The translations under genes were made by a program, and so were the position numbers. The notes under the pieces were generated by a model. The model was not told where the DNA came from. It did not search any database and worked only from the letters and a program-made list of their open reading frames with translations. Below, piece after piece: positions 27,687-35,710 of a stretch of 49,085 nt of DNA. How positions within the stretch are numbered: position 1 is the first letter of the stretch; each line of letters begins with the position of its first letter. Source of the DNA: a virus; the UHGV virus genome UHGV-0323165; one strand, given 5' to 3'.

Positions 27687-28253
27687 TCACATAACTCCCG
27701 GCGCCATAGCGGCCAGACTTGTCACCACCGCAGCGATTGATTCAGTTGGCAGGAAGCGCAGCAGTGCTTCAGCAGCTTCTCTCACCTCTTTCTCAAGGCG
27801 TTGTATCGGCTGACCAAGTAACTTCGCCTGATGCGCTTCAGTGCACTCTTTCATGGCCTCGGCTATCAGTTCGGCCTCAGTCTTTGCGACCAGACCGAAC
27901 TCTCTCGCCACTTTCTCGTTATCCCGCGCCATCACGTCGATAATGACGGGGATCAATAGCATCAACCCCTTGTCGTTCTTCGGGCCCGGATCGTTAATCA
28001 TCCGGAAGAAGTTCTGCTTCGTGTTGTGTTCAGAACCTGCCAGTAACAACCCCTTCCCGCCGCGCGCCAGCCACTCTTTCGCAACCAGCTGAGAAATGTG
28101 AACCTGAGACTGGCCCGGCGTAGCTTTTTGCCAGGCCTTAACTGCCTCCCGTATTCGAATTAGCTTACGGTTATTGCGCGGAACACTTTGATAAATCGAA
28201 ATCAACGGACGTTGTTCAAGTCCGGTACTCTGTTGATACGCAAGTGAATGCAT
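27687..28253 (-). CDS. hypothetical protein at the cII position (possible lysogeny regulator)
   Basis: 188 aa immediately downstream of the cro-like gene with an AAAGG RBS. Homology not recognised. Confidence 0.3.
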   Translation of the reverse strand: MHSLAYQQSTGLEQRPLISIYQSVPRNNRKLIRIREAVKAWQKATPGQSQVHISQLVAKEWLARGGKGLLLAGSEHNTKQNFFRMINDPGPKNDKGLMLLIPVIIDVMARDNEKVAREFGLVAKTEAELIAEAMKECTEAHQAKLLGQPIQRLEKEVREAAEALLRFLPTESIAAVVTSLAAMAPGVM

Positions 28254-28282
28254 TGCTTTGCCTTTCGTGGTTAGGGCCGCCG

Positions 28283-28510
28283 TTAAGCGGCATGGTTCTC
28301 TGGGTGTGGAAACAGGTCGGGAAGATCAGGTCGAATTTCGTGTGCCTTAATCTCGCCACCAGTAGCGTTTACGATGGCTGTTACTTTTTCCGGAGATACG
28401 GAACCACCGTTAAGCCACTTGTGAACCGCTGGCTGGCTAACGCCGCAAATATCTGCGAGTCGCTTCTGGCTGCCAACGATTTCTAAAGCTCGTTGAATAA
28501 CTTTGTTCAT
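28283..28510 (-). CDS. cro: Cro-like HTH repressor
   Basis: 75 aa with an HTH (QKRLADICGVSQPAVHKWLNG), divergent from cI across the operator region. Confidence 0.7.
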   Translation of the reverse strand: MNKVIQRALEIVGSQKRLADICGVSQPAVHKWLNGGSVSPEKVTAIVNATGGEIKAHEIRPDLPDLFPHPENHAA

Positions 28511-28543
28511 GGATTTTACCTATCCGATTACTGGATTAATGAA

Positions 28544-28572
28544 AAGATAACCCAAGTTATGGGCATTGTCCA
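28544..28572 (-). promoter_or_regulatory. pR-like promoter (TGGACA - 17 bp - TATCTT) overlapping the OR1-like operator
   Basis: Read on the minus strand. The operator lies in the spacer and -10 element. Confidence 0.4.
28547..28560. promoter_or_regulatory. operator OR1-like (ATAACCCAAGTTAT)
   Basis: First of three ATAAC-N4-GTTAT inverted repeats spaced 24-25 bp apart. Confidence 0.55.
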
Positions 28573-28585
28573 TAACCTTTGTTAT
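28572..28585. promoter_or_regulatory. operator OR2-like (ATAACCTTTGTTAT)
   Basis: Second ATAAC-N4-GTTAT repeat. Confidence 0.55.
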
Positions 28586-28613
28586 TTTACTCTACATAAC
28601 CTCGGTTATATAT
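28585..28613 (+). promoter_or_regulatory. pRM-like weak promoter (TTTTAC - 17 bp - TATATT) giving a leaderless cI mRNA
   Basis: The -10 element ends 7 nt before the cI ATG and there is no Shine-Dalgarno sequence. Confidence 0.3.
28596..28609. promoter_or_regulatory. operator OR3-like (ATAACCTCGGTTAT)
   Basis: Third ATAAC-N4-GTTAT repeat, adjacent to the cI start. Confidence 0.55.
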
Positions 28614-28620
28614 TGATAAG

Positions 28621-29310
28621 ATGAAAACATTTGCAGAACGACTGAACGCGGCTATGTCGGCCGCTGACATATCTCAAGGACAGTTGGCTGATAAAGTCGG
28701 TATATCCCAGCCTGCAATTCAAAAGATGACGTCAGGTAAAACGAGCGGCAGCCGTAAGATGGTCGAGCTAGCTCATGCTCTGGGTGTAAGGCCGGAATGG
28801 CTTAGTTCTGGAGTGGGGGAAATGCGGATTGATGGTAATGTGCCATCGGCGGCCCAACCGGTCTCGGAAACAATTGATGTCTTTCGGGTTGATGTTTTAG
28901 ACCTGAAAGTAAGCGCTGGTCCGGGGTCTTTTATGATTTCTGAATTTGTTGAGGTCCTGCATGCTATTGAGTTCACAACTGAGCATGCCAGATCTCTTTT
29001 CGGGAACCGCACTCAAAATGATGTGAAGGTGATGACCGTAGACGGTGACAGCATGTGCCCAACGATTCAGTCGGGAGATCGCCTGTTCTTTGACGTTTCG
29101 GTGAGGAACTTCAAGGTTGACGGAGTATACGCATTTGTCTTCGGGCAGCACTTCCATGTCAAGCGCCTGCAGATGCAGGGCCTGCAGTTAGCCGTGCTTT
29201 CAGATAATCCGGCTTACAAAGATTGGTATGTGACAGAAGAAAATCAGGACCAGCTATACATCATGGGTAAAGCGCTTATTCACGAATCGATAGCTTACAA
29301 CAAACTGTAG
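28621..29310 (+). CDS. cI: CI repressor (HTH plus S24 LexA-like peptidase domain)
   Basis: N-terminal HTH (QGQLADKVGISQPAIQKM), Ser in GDSM and Lys in VKRL of the C-terminal domain. Confidence 0.85.
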   Translation: MKTFAERLNAAMSAADISQGQLADKVGISQPAIQKMTSGKTSGSRKMVELAHALGVRPEWLSSGVGEMRIDGNVPSAAQPVSETIDVFRVDVLDLKVSAGPGSFMISEFVEVLHAIEFTTEHARSLFGNRTQNDVKVMTVDGDSMCPTIQSGDRLFFDVSVRNFKVDGVYAFVFGQHFHVKRLQMQGLQLAVLSDNPAYKDWYVTEENQDQLYIMGKALIHESIAYNKL

Positions 29311-29390
29311 CAGTGGCCGGAAGAGACTTTTGGTTAGAGACGAAGCTGCGGCTGGTTTAGCAGGCGCACTGAAATTACGCTGAGGGGATA

Positions 29391-29774
29391 ATGGAAGAAT
29401 CAGATCAGGAAAAACGAGAGCGCGAGCTAATGGAGGTGCTTTGGCGAAAATTTAGAGCGCTATCACCTGAATTACTGTCTCAATTCCTAGCAGAACGAGG
29501 CGTTCCAATCGTCTCATGCCCTATATGTGGCAGTGCAGATATGGCCGTACCACAGGCCAGCGAGCAAATTTATGACGGAGATAAGCCGACTGGAGAATGG
29601 TTTACGTATGTAAACCCATCAAAAGTAAGCTCATTTGGGTTTGAACCATTACACTCCTTGCTTCAGTACAACTACCGCATAATTTGCAAAAATTGCGGAT
29701 ATGAAAACAGATTCTCTGCGCACCCAGTTCTATCGTGGCTGGAGAAGAATGACAAAAAAACTAATGCCGAGTAG
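29391..29774 (+). CDS. hypothetical zinc-ribbon protein (CPICG...CKNCG), first gene of the rex-position cassette
   Basis: 127 aa. GAGGG RBS. No terminator after cI. Lower GC than the flanks. Confidence 0.55.
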   Translation: MEESDQEKRERELMEVLWRKFRALSPELLSQFLAERGVPIVSCPICGSADMAVPQASEQIYDGDKPTGEWFTYVNPSKVSSFGFEPLHSLLQYNYRIICKNCGYENRFSAHPVLSWLEKNDKKTNAE

Positions 29775-29858
29775 ACTATGAATCAGCACAAAGAAGATGC
29801 AACAGTCGTCTGGGATCGTTTTCCACAACATGGTGGCGGTAGCGGCGGAGGTGGTGAG

Positions 29859-30107
29859 ATGGAAAGTAGAGTTGCAAGACTGGAATCCGATATTGAGTAC
29901 ATAAAGCGCGATGTATCTGATATTAAATCGGATATTAAGTCTATTGATTCCAGGTTAGCAACAATTGAAACAGCAATTGGCTCGCTTAAAACCACCATTA
30001 AAGCCTCCGCTGTTGTCATCACAGTGGTTTTCTCTTTTTGCGCATATATTTTTGGTAATTATGTAGCCAAAATACTTGATGCACTAAATGGGTTGGTTCT
30101 CAAGTAA
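29859..30107 (+). CDS. small coiled-coil protein with C-terminal transmembrane helix (XhlA-like architecture), second gene of the cassette
   Basis: Start taken at MESRVARL, which is preceded by GGAGGTGGTGAG. The ORF track begins at 29778, which would add a GGGSGGGG N-terminus. The C-terminal hydrophobic helix is VVITVVFSFCAYIFGNYV. Confidence 0.5.
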   Translation: MESRVARLESDIEYIKRDVSDIKSDIKSIDSRLATIETAIGSLKTTIKASAVVITVVFSFCAYIFGNYVAKILDALNGLVLK

Positions 30108-30114
30108 CCCCGGC

Positions 30115-30136
30115 CCCGGCATTGCCGGGTTTTTTA
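30115..30136 (+). terminator. rho-independent terminator ending the cI cassette operon
   Basis: cccggc-att-gccggg hairpin followed by TTTTTT. Confidence 0.65.
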
Positions 30137-30331
30137 ATTTCCTTTCCGCGCTATCTCAGCGGCATCCCTGTTAATACCCTTCCCTATCACGTTTCCTGTT
30201 TCCTTCCGGTACTGCTTCAGCTTGTCGATGATGTTTTGCTGGGTCATAGGTAAATCAGCCAGTGACAATTCCATCACCGCCCGCCCCATCGCCTGAATTT
30301 TCATGCTTATACGCTCTTCATCCAGAACCAT
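30134..30331 (-). CDS. hypothetical small protein convergent with the cI operon
   Basis: Start MVLDEERI at 30331 has AGGAGGG 6 nt upstream. About 65 aa. The ORF track begins at 30370. Confidence 0.4.
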   Translation of the reverse strand: MVLDEERISMKIQAMGRAVMELSLADLPMTQQNIIDKLKQYRKETGNVIGKGINRDAAEIARKGN

Positions 30332-30442
30332 GCACATCCCTCCTGCTGTTTTTTTAAGCATAGCACTCATGATTTACAAAAATAAATTCATTTAGTTATC
30401 ATTGATTTATAACTTATGTGATTGATATTATAAATTAGGTTA

Positions 30443-30471
30443 TTGCCATCACTCATAACTAAGGTTATCTT
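30443..30471 (+). promoter_or_regulatory. pL-like promoter (TTGCCA - 17 bp - TATCTT) overlapping a fourth operator copy
   Basis: Same arrangement as the pR-like promoter. Reads rightward away from cI. Confidence 0.4.
30455..30468. promoter_or_regulatory. operator OL-like (ATAACTAAGGTTAT)
   Basis: Same ATAAC-N4-GTTAT inverted repeat as the three OR sites. Confidence 0.5.
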
Positions 30472-30947
30472 TAACCCATCGAAACGAAACATCGACAGCT
30501 GAGCGAAGTTAGCCAGCGGCGGACAGCAAGTCGCCTGCTCATTAAGAATTCAGTCAAGCAGCAAATCACCCGGAGCGCTCCTGGCAAATTGAAATGGCGC
30601 CCAATGGGATTGAGGCAGGTGTGTAACGCGTGGCGGGTATAGCACACGAAGAGGACTCCGCACCGGAATGGTTTGCTGCTCAGTTCCCGAACATCGGGGA
30701 AGCTTCAGTTGGAATGTTTTGGGATTGGATGAATGCGCAGGCTGATGCGCTGGGTGACGGAACGGGCAGAGCGAAACTGATAACCCGCCGTCACTGGAAT
30801 TGACCGGACTCGGATTAGCCGAGACAGGGCCGAATGACAAAAGTCACCACCCGCTGCGGGGCCAGCAGTAAGCCGGAGTTCAGCACCGGCCATCCAATCA
30901 CCAAAGCATTTCTCCCGCATCAGCGGGTAACGACAGAGGGTAAGTCA

Positions 30948-31616
30948 ATGATTCGTCTTAACAACGAAATTAAAAATCAGCTATGCCATAACCTGCTTCT
31001 CGCATCCCCATTGTTTGAGAAAGCGAAAGCTGCGGTTAATGAGAGGGCGAAAATTGTTGAAGAAATTCGACAGGCATTGCTCAAGCAAGAAAACACTAGC
31101 GATGAGCAAATAACTAAGGCTCGGGAAGATTTCAAAGATAACTCCTTCATCAAGATGCAGGTCGGCGCTAAAACTGCAATTTTAAAGGTCATTATCAATG
31201 GTGAGTATCACGAATTAGCCAGGAACGGTTTGGATCATCGCTATCGCCACCGTGGAAAACATATTGGTAAGCACGATCTTGAAAGCGACCTATTCTTCGG
31301 CGCTTCCTTCGCGCCTGTAGTTGATTGGGGTTATGTTCCTGAAAGTTACAGCACGCTGAAGAAGGTTGGAAAATTACACGACCGACTCACTGAATCGACG
31401 GTAACCATCAACGTTCTTTACGATGAAGTTGACGCCTTCCAATTGCAGGTTAAGGGTGCTCTAACCAAAGTCTCAACCGTTAAAAAACTGGCTGAGATGT
31501 GGCCTGAGGCAGTGCCATATTTGCCTGAGGTGCAGCGCCGTGAAGCGACCAGCACCGCACTTGCCATTCCCGTTGAAACACTAAACGCCCTTTGCGGCAT
31601 ACCAAAGAATGAATGA
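30948..31616 (+). CDS. hypothetical protein, first gene of the early-left operon
   Basis: Start MIRLNNEI has GAGGG 7 nt upstream. About 222 aa. Followed by a terminator. Confidence 0.5.
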   Translation: MIRLNNEIKNQLCHNLLLASPLFEKAKAAVNERAKIVEEIRQALLKQENTSDEQITKAREDFKDNSFIKMQVGAKTAILKVIINGEYHELARNGLDHRYRHRGKHIGKHDLESDLFFGASFAPVVDWGYVPESYSTLKKVGKLHDRLTESTVTINVLYDEVDAFQLQVKGALTKVSTVKKLAEMWPEAVPYLPEVQRREATSTALAIPVETLNALCGIPKNE

Positions 31617-31637
31617 CCCGCCACGGCGGGTTTTTTA
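31617..31637 (+). terminator. rho-independent terminator (tL1-like)
   Basis: cccgc-cacg-gcggg hairpin followed by TTTTTT. Confidence 0.6.
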
Positions 31638-31780
31638 TCGGCCATACCTCAGCAACTTCACAGAGGTTGCTTAGTTATGACAACCGGCGGCCATCCACCG
31701 CCACTATTTTTGTATCTTCGCACAAGCGCAGAAGTCTTGTATTAACCGTTCCGTTCGCCGCGATAAGGCCAAGAGGATTT

Positions 31781-32029
31781 ATGAGTAACAAATCAGGCGG
31801 TCCAGCCTTCCCTTACTCAGGGGTTCATAAGGGTGAAAAAGAAAACCTGATAGTCGACAGCCATGGCATGACGCTGCGCGATTACTTCGCGGCGAAGGCT
31901 ATGCAGTCGGCTTTGTTAGCGCCGAAGCCAGAGAACCCGGTGGAACGCATGGATATTTATGCTCAGTCAGTAGCTGAAATCTCTTACGAGATGGCTGATG
32001 CGATGCTCCGCGCCCGGGAGGCATCATGA
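31781..32029 (+). CDS. hypothetical protein
   Basis: Start MSNKSGG has an AAGAGGA RBS. 82 aa. Confidence 0.5.
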   Translation: MSNKSGGPAFPYSGVHKGEKENLIVDSHGMTLRDYFAAKAMQSALLAPKPENPVERMDIYAQSVAEISYEMADAMLRAREAS

Positions 32030-32184
32030 CAGTCACCCACAATGGCAAGCAGTACACCGCCAAAAAGCTCAATGATAACGAGTGGCAGCTGACGTCGGTA
32101 TCGAACCCGCGTGAAAAGATGACACTGAACCGCTGGCACATGAAGCTGGCTGGCCTCCTGGAACAGGTTGAGGTGAAGGTATGA
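32026..32184 (+). CDS. small hypothetical protein (52 aa)
   Basis: ATGA overlap with the upstream stop. Below the ORF-track threshold. Confidence 0.3.
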   Translation: MTVTHNGKQYTAKKLNDNEWQLTSVSNPREKMTLNRWHMKLAGLLEQVEVKV

Positions 32185-32321
32185 TCAATCATCACCTGCT
32201 GCGCGCGGCGCAGAGCAAAGCAGCCATCGCCCTGTTTATCGGTGATGGCGCCATGTGGATGGCAGCCTACGACGAAATGAAGGTTGCCATCGGTTATCCG
32301 TGGCATAGAAAAACAGCCTAA
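32181..32321 (+). CDS. small hypothetical protein (46 aa)
   Basis: ATGA overlap with the upstream stop. Below the ORF-track threshold. Confidence 0.25.
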   Translation: MINHHLLRAAQSKAAIALFIGDGAMWMAAYDEMKVAIGYPWHRKTA

Positions 32322-32392
32322 CCCCCCCTATTCAACCGATCGGCCTGGCATTACGCGGGCGGGATCTGCACATCCAAATTTCAGGAGAAACC

Positions 32393-33469
32393 ATGAGCGA
32401 AGTAACGGATTTAGTCGTCATCGAGAAACAGAACGCAATGGCGGTATTCACCACCAAAGAGCAGCTCGACCCGATTATTGAGGCGATCGAGAAAGAAGCT
32501 CGCAGCCTGGTGCCGGATGTGTCGACCCGCAAAGGCCGCGACGCTATCGCATCCATGGCGCACAAGGTTGCCCGTTCCAAAACCTACATCGACAACGCCG
32601 GTAAAGATCTGGTTGCTGAGCTTAAGGCCCTGCCGAAGCAGATCGACGAAAGCCGCCGCATTGTGCGTGAGCGGCTGGACGCGCTGAAGGATGAAGTGCG
32701 CAAACCTCTCACTGACTGGGAAAACGCCGAGTCGGCAAGAAAGGACGCATTGCAGCAGAGGCTTACTGATTTGCGATCCCTGGCTGATGTGATTGATGGC
32801 GTGGGTAACTACCTGCCGTCAGTTGAAATTCAGCAGCGCATTGAGTCAGCAAAAGCCGTTGCACTTGATGAAAGCTGGCAGGAAGTAGCAGCTGAAGCTG
32901 GCGCGGCTAAAGACACAACCATCCAACAACTTGAAGCTGCCATGATCGTCGCAAAGCAGCGTGAGCATGAAGCTGCAGATCTTGAGCGCCTTCGTAAGGA
33001 GGCAGAAGAAAAAGCTCGCCTGGAGCGCGAGGAGAATATTCGCCGGGAAGCAGCTGAACGGGCACGCCGCGATGCAGAAGCGAAGCACAAAGCGGAGATT
33101 GAAGCCCTAGCGCGCCGTGAGGCTGAAGAGAAAGCTCGCGCTGAAGCTGCGGAGCGCCAGCGCATCGAAGCGGAACAGCGTGCGGCACGTGAGAAGCAGG
33201 AAGCGGAAGAGCGTGCACGACGTGAAAAAGAAGAAGCCGTTGCCGCTGAGCGCCGCCGCCTGGAAGAGGAAGAATCCGCCCGTCTGGCCGAAGAGCAGCG
33301 CAAAGTTGAAGAAGAAGCGCGCCGCGCCGCAGACAAAGAGCACCGCCGCACGGTCAACCGTCGCGTCATCGCCGACCTTATAGCTCAGGGCATCCCCGAA
33401 GAATTCGCGCAGAAAGCAATGCTGGCGATCGCTGGCGGCAAAGTGCAGGACGCGCACATCAAATATTGA
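32393..33469 (+). CDS. coiled-coil protein with E/R/A-rich low-complexity C-terminal half, upstream of recT
   Basis: AGGAG RBS. 358 aa. The repeat-like charged region spans 32960-33360. Confidence 0.55.
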   Translation: MSEVTDLVVIEKQNAMAVFTTKEQLDPIIEAIEKEARSLVPDVSTRKGRDAIASMAHKVARSKTYIDNAGKDLVAELKALPKQIDESRRIVRERLDALKDEVRKPLTDWENAESARKDALQQRLTDLRSLADVIDGVGNYLPSVEIQQRIESAKAVALDESWQEVAAEAGAAKDTTIQQLEAAMIVAKQREHEAADLERLRKEAEEKARLEREENIRREAAERARRDAEAKHKAEIEALARREAEEKARAEAAERQRIEAEQRAAREKQEAEERARREKEEAVAAERRRLEEEESARLAEEQRKVEEEARRAADKEHRRTVNRRVIADLIAQGIPEEFAQKAMLAIAGGKVQDAHIKY

Positions 33470-33476
33470 GGCAACC

Positions 33477-33758
33477 ATGAACGCACACCTCACTTACGAC
33501 CGAATCGAAGATCGGCGCTGGGTTGAGCAGCAGCTCATCGAGGAGAAAGAGAAGTGGATCGACGACAGAGCGAAAGAACTGATCGCCATGTTCCCGAAAT
33601 ATGCTTTGCAAATGAGTAGCATGTTTCTCCCAAAAGAAGCGCAAATGGCACTAGTCGGTGAAAAGGCAGAGGAAGCCTATAACGACTATGTCACACGCAT
33701 CTGTTACGACCGCGCCGAAGAAGAGTGGGATCGCCTTCATCCAACCTGCCCGTTTTAA
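33477..33758 (+). CDS. hypothetical protein
   Basis: 93 aa, coupled into the operon. Confidence 0.45.
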   Translation: MNAHLTYDRIEDRRWVEQQLIEEKEKWIDDRAKELIAMFPKYALQMSSMFLPKEAQMALVGEKAEEAYNDYVTRICYDRAEEEWDRLHPTCPF

Positions 33759-33775
33759 CTTTGAGGGATTTAACA

Positions 33776-34522
33776 ATGAGTACTGCACTTTCCACCATGG
33801 CCGGGAAACTGGCCGCACGCCTCGGCATGGATGCCGGTACAGACCTGATGAATACGCTGAAGAATACAGCGTTCAAAGGTGGCAACGTCACGGACGAGCA
33901 GTTCACAGCCCTGCTGATCGTCGCCAACCAGTACGGCCTGAACCCATGGACCAAAGAGATTTATGCCTTCCCAGATAAAGGCGGGATTGTCCCGGTCGTC
34001 GGCGTTGATGGATGGGCTCGCATTATCAACGAGCATCCTCAGTTTGACGGCATGGAGTTCTCTTACGACAAGGAAGAAGGCGTGTGCACCTGCAAGATTT
34101 ACCGCAAAGACCGCAAGCACCCGACAATCGTTACCGAGTACATGGGCGAGTGCAAACGCAACACTCAGCCATGGCAGTCCCACCCTACCCGCATGCTTCG
34201 CCATAAGACACTTATCCAATGCGCGCGCCTGGCCTTTGGTTTCGCTGGCATATTCGACCAGGACGAGGCAGAGCGAGTGATTGAAGGAACAACGGCAGAG
34301 GTTCATGCGGGTCATGAATCAGATAGCCGTCGCCCGGATCTGATCGCAAAAGGTGAGTCCGCCGCGCGCCTTGGAACAGTCAAGTATCAGGAGTTCTGGG
34401 TGGCGCTGAGCGCCGAAGAGAAACAGGTGATCGGCGCAGTTGAGAAACGACGCATGTATGACATGAGTCTTGCTGTCGACAACGCCGAACCTGTCAATGT
34501 CGCAGAGACGGAGGCTGAATGA
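33776..34522 (+). CDS. recT: RecT-family single-strand annealing protein
   Basis: Start MSTALST has a GAGGG RBS. The sequence is RecT-like (..ALLIVANQYGLNPW..). Confidence 0.85.
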   Translation: MSTALSTMAGKLAARLGMDAGTDLMNTLKNTAFKGGNVTDEQFTALLIVANQYGLNPWTKEIYAFPDKGGIVPVVGVDGWARIINEHPQFDGMEFSYDKEEGVCTCKIYRKDRKHPTIVTEYMGECKRNTQPWQSHPTRMLRHKTLIQCARLAFGFAGIFDQDEAERVIEGTTAEVHAGHESDSRRPDLIAKGESAARLGTVKYQEFWVALSAEEKQVIGAVEKRRMYDMSLAVDNAEPVNVAETEAE

Positions 34523-35136
34523 TAGAGCAACGCACCCCTGAATGGTTTGCTGCGCGCTGTGGCAAGGTCACAGCCAGTCGCCTGGCTGATGTCATGGCCA
34601 GGACTAAGTCGGGCTACTCCACCAGCCGCCAGAACTACATGGCCGAGCTGATTTGCCAACGGCTGACCGGGAAGCTGGAGGAAGGGTTTTCGAATGCCGC
34701 GATGATGCGCGGCACTGAACTTGAGCCAGTGGCGCGCGAAATGTACGCGCTGAATGAGTTCGATGCGGAAATCACTGAAGTTGGACTCATCGATCACCCA
34801 ACCATACCCGGATTCGCAGCCAGCCCGGACGGACTTGTTAACGACGACGGGCTTATCGAAATCAAATGCCCCAACACCTGGACCCATCTTGAAACGCTGA
34901 AAACTGGTGAGCCAAAGCGCCAGTACATGCTGCAAATGCATGCACAGATGATGTGCACCGGGCGGAAATGGTGTGATTTCGTTAGTTTCGATGATCGCCT
35001 GCCGCCTGACCTCGCCTATTTCAAGAAGCGGATTCATTTCGATGAAGAGCTGGCGCGAGAAATCGAATCTGAGGTTAAGAGCTTCCTTGCAGATCTGGAA
35101 TCGGAAATTCAGAAAATCACAGAGCGTGCAGCATGA
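34519..35136 (+). CDS. YqaJ/lambda-exonuclease-family 5'-3' exonuclease
   Basis: PD-(D/E)XK motifs (..GLIEIKCP..). ATGA coupling to recT. Confidence 0.8.
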   Translation: MIEQRTPEWFAARCGKVTASRLADVMARTKSGYSTSRQNYMAELICQRLTGKLEEGFSNAAMMRGTELEPVAREMYALNEFDAEITEVGLIDHPTIPGFAASPDGLVNDDGLIEIKCPNTWTHLETLKTGEPKRQYMLQMHAQMMCTGRKWCDFVSFDDRLPPDLAYFKKRIHFDEELAREIESEVKSFLADLESEIQKITERAA

Positions 35137-35561
35137 AACGCACACCCTTCTACCGCAGGCCCGGGCGAACCGGACAATTCTCTGGCCTCCGTGAGCGCGT
35201 TATCTGGATGATTCAGGCGCGCGGCCGCCCGGTCACCGGCAGCGAAATCGCCGAGAATTTTGGCGTAACGCTCATCGAGTTCAACCGGGTCGCCAACGGC
35301 ATTACACGCGGCACCGGACAGATAGCACAGATTGTTGAGTCGGAGAAATGGCTCAACGAGGACGGCATCCGTGACCGCACTTTCGACCTCGTAACGAAGC
35401 CGAAGGTCGTAACGCCGCAAGGTAAATCGCGCCTGTTCACCCGGCGCGCCATTGAGCAATCGCAGGAAGGAAGACGGCAGGAATGCATAGCGCGGGCCGC
35501 CCGCCGTCGCCGACTGATTGCTCAGGGCCTCTACATCGACGAAATGGAGTCCATCCTATGA
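35133..35561 (+). CDS. hypothetical basic protein
   Basis: 142 aa with ATGA coupling at both ends. Confidence 0.45.
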   Translation: MKRTPFYRRPGRTGQFSGLRERVIWMIQARGRPVTGSEIAENFGVTLIEFNRVANGITRGTGQIAQIVESEKWLNEDGIRDRTFDLVTKPKVVTPQGKSRLFTRRAIEQSQEGRRQECIARAARRRRLIAQGLYIDEMESIL

Positions 35562-35710
35562 CTCACGCTCACGACGACATCAGGGTTGGCACTCTGTGCA
35601 TTCCCTTCATTGGTAACGGCTGGCTAATGCCATGGGGTGAAGTGGTCAGCAATCCATTAAAGGCGCAGAGACTCGCTGATGAATATCGGGAAAGGCAGGA
35701 GGCGGCATGA
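35558..35710 (+). CDS. small hypothetical protein (50 aa)
   Basis: ATGA overlaps at both ends. Confidence 0.35.
   Translation: MTHAHDDIRVGTLCIPFIGNGWLMPWGEVVSNPLKAQRLADEYRERQEAA

Noticed and set aside
27687-28253. Confident assignment as CII
   Set aside because: Only the position downstream of the cro-like gene supports it. It is 188 aa and has no recognisable CII signature, so it is kept as hypothetical.
29778-29858. Long version of cassette gene 2 with a GGGSGGGG N-terminus
   Set aside because: The glycine codons coincide with a strong GGAGGTGGTGAG Shine-Dalgarno sequence for the downstream ATG. The shorter start is favoured, and the longer one is kept as an alternative.
32830-33493. Long minus-strand and alternate-frame ORFs (32830..33369, 32907..33218, 33107..33493 and others)
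   Set aside because: They lie entirely within the E/R/A low-complexity region of the 358-aa plus-strand gene. Their translations are Ser/Arg/Ala homopolymer-like frame artefacts.
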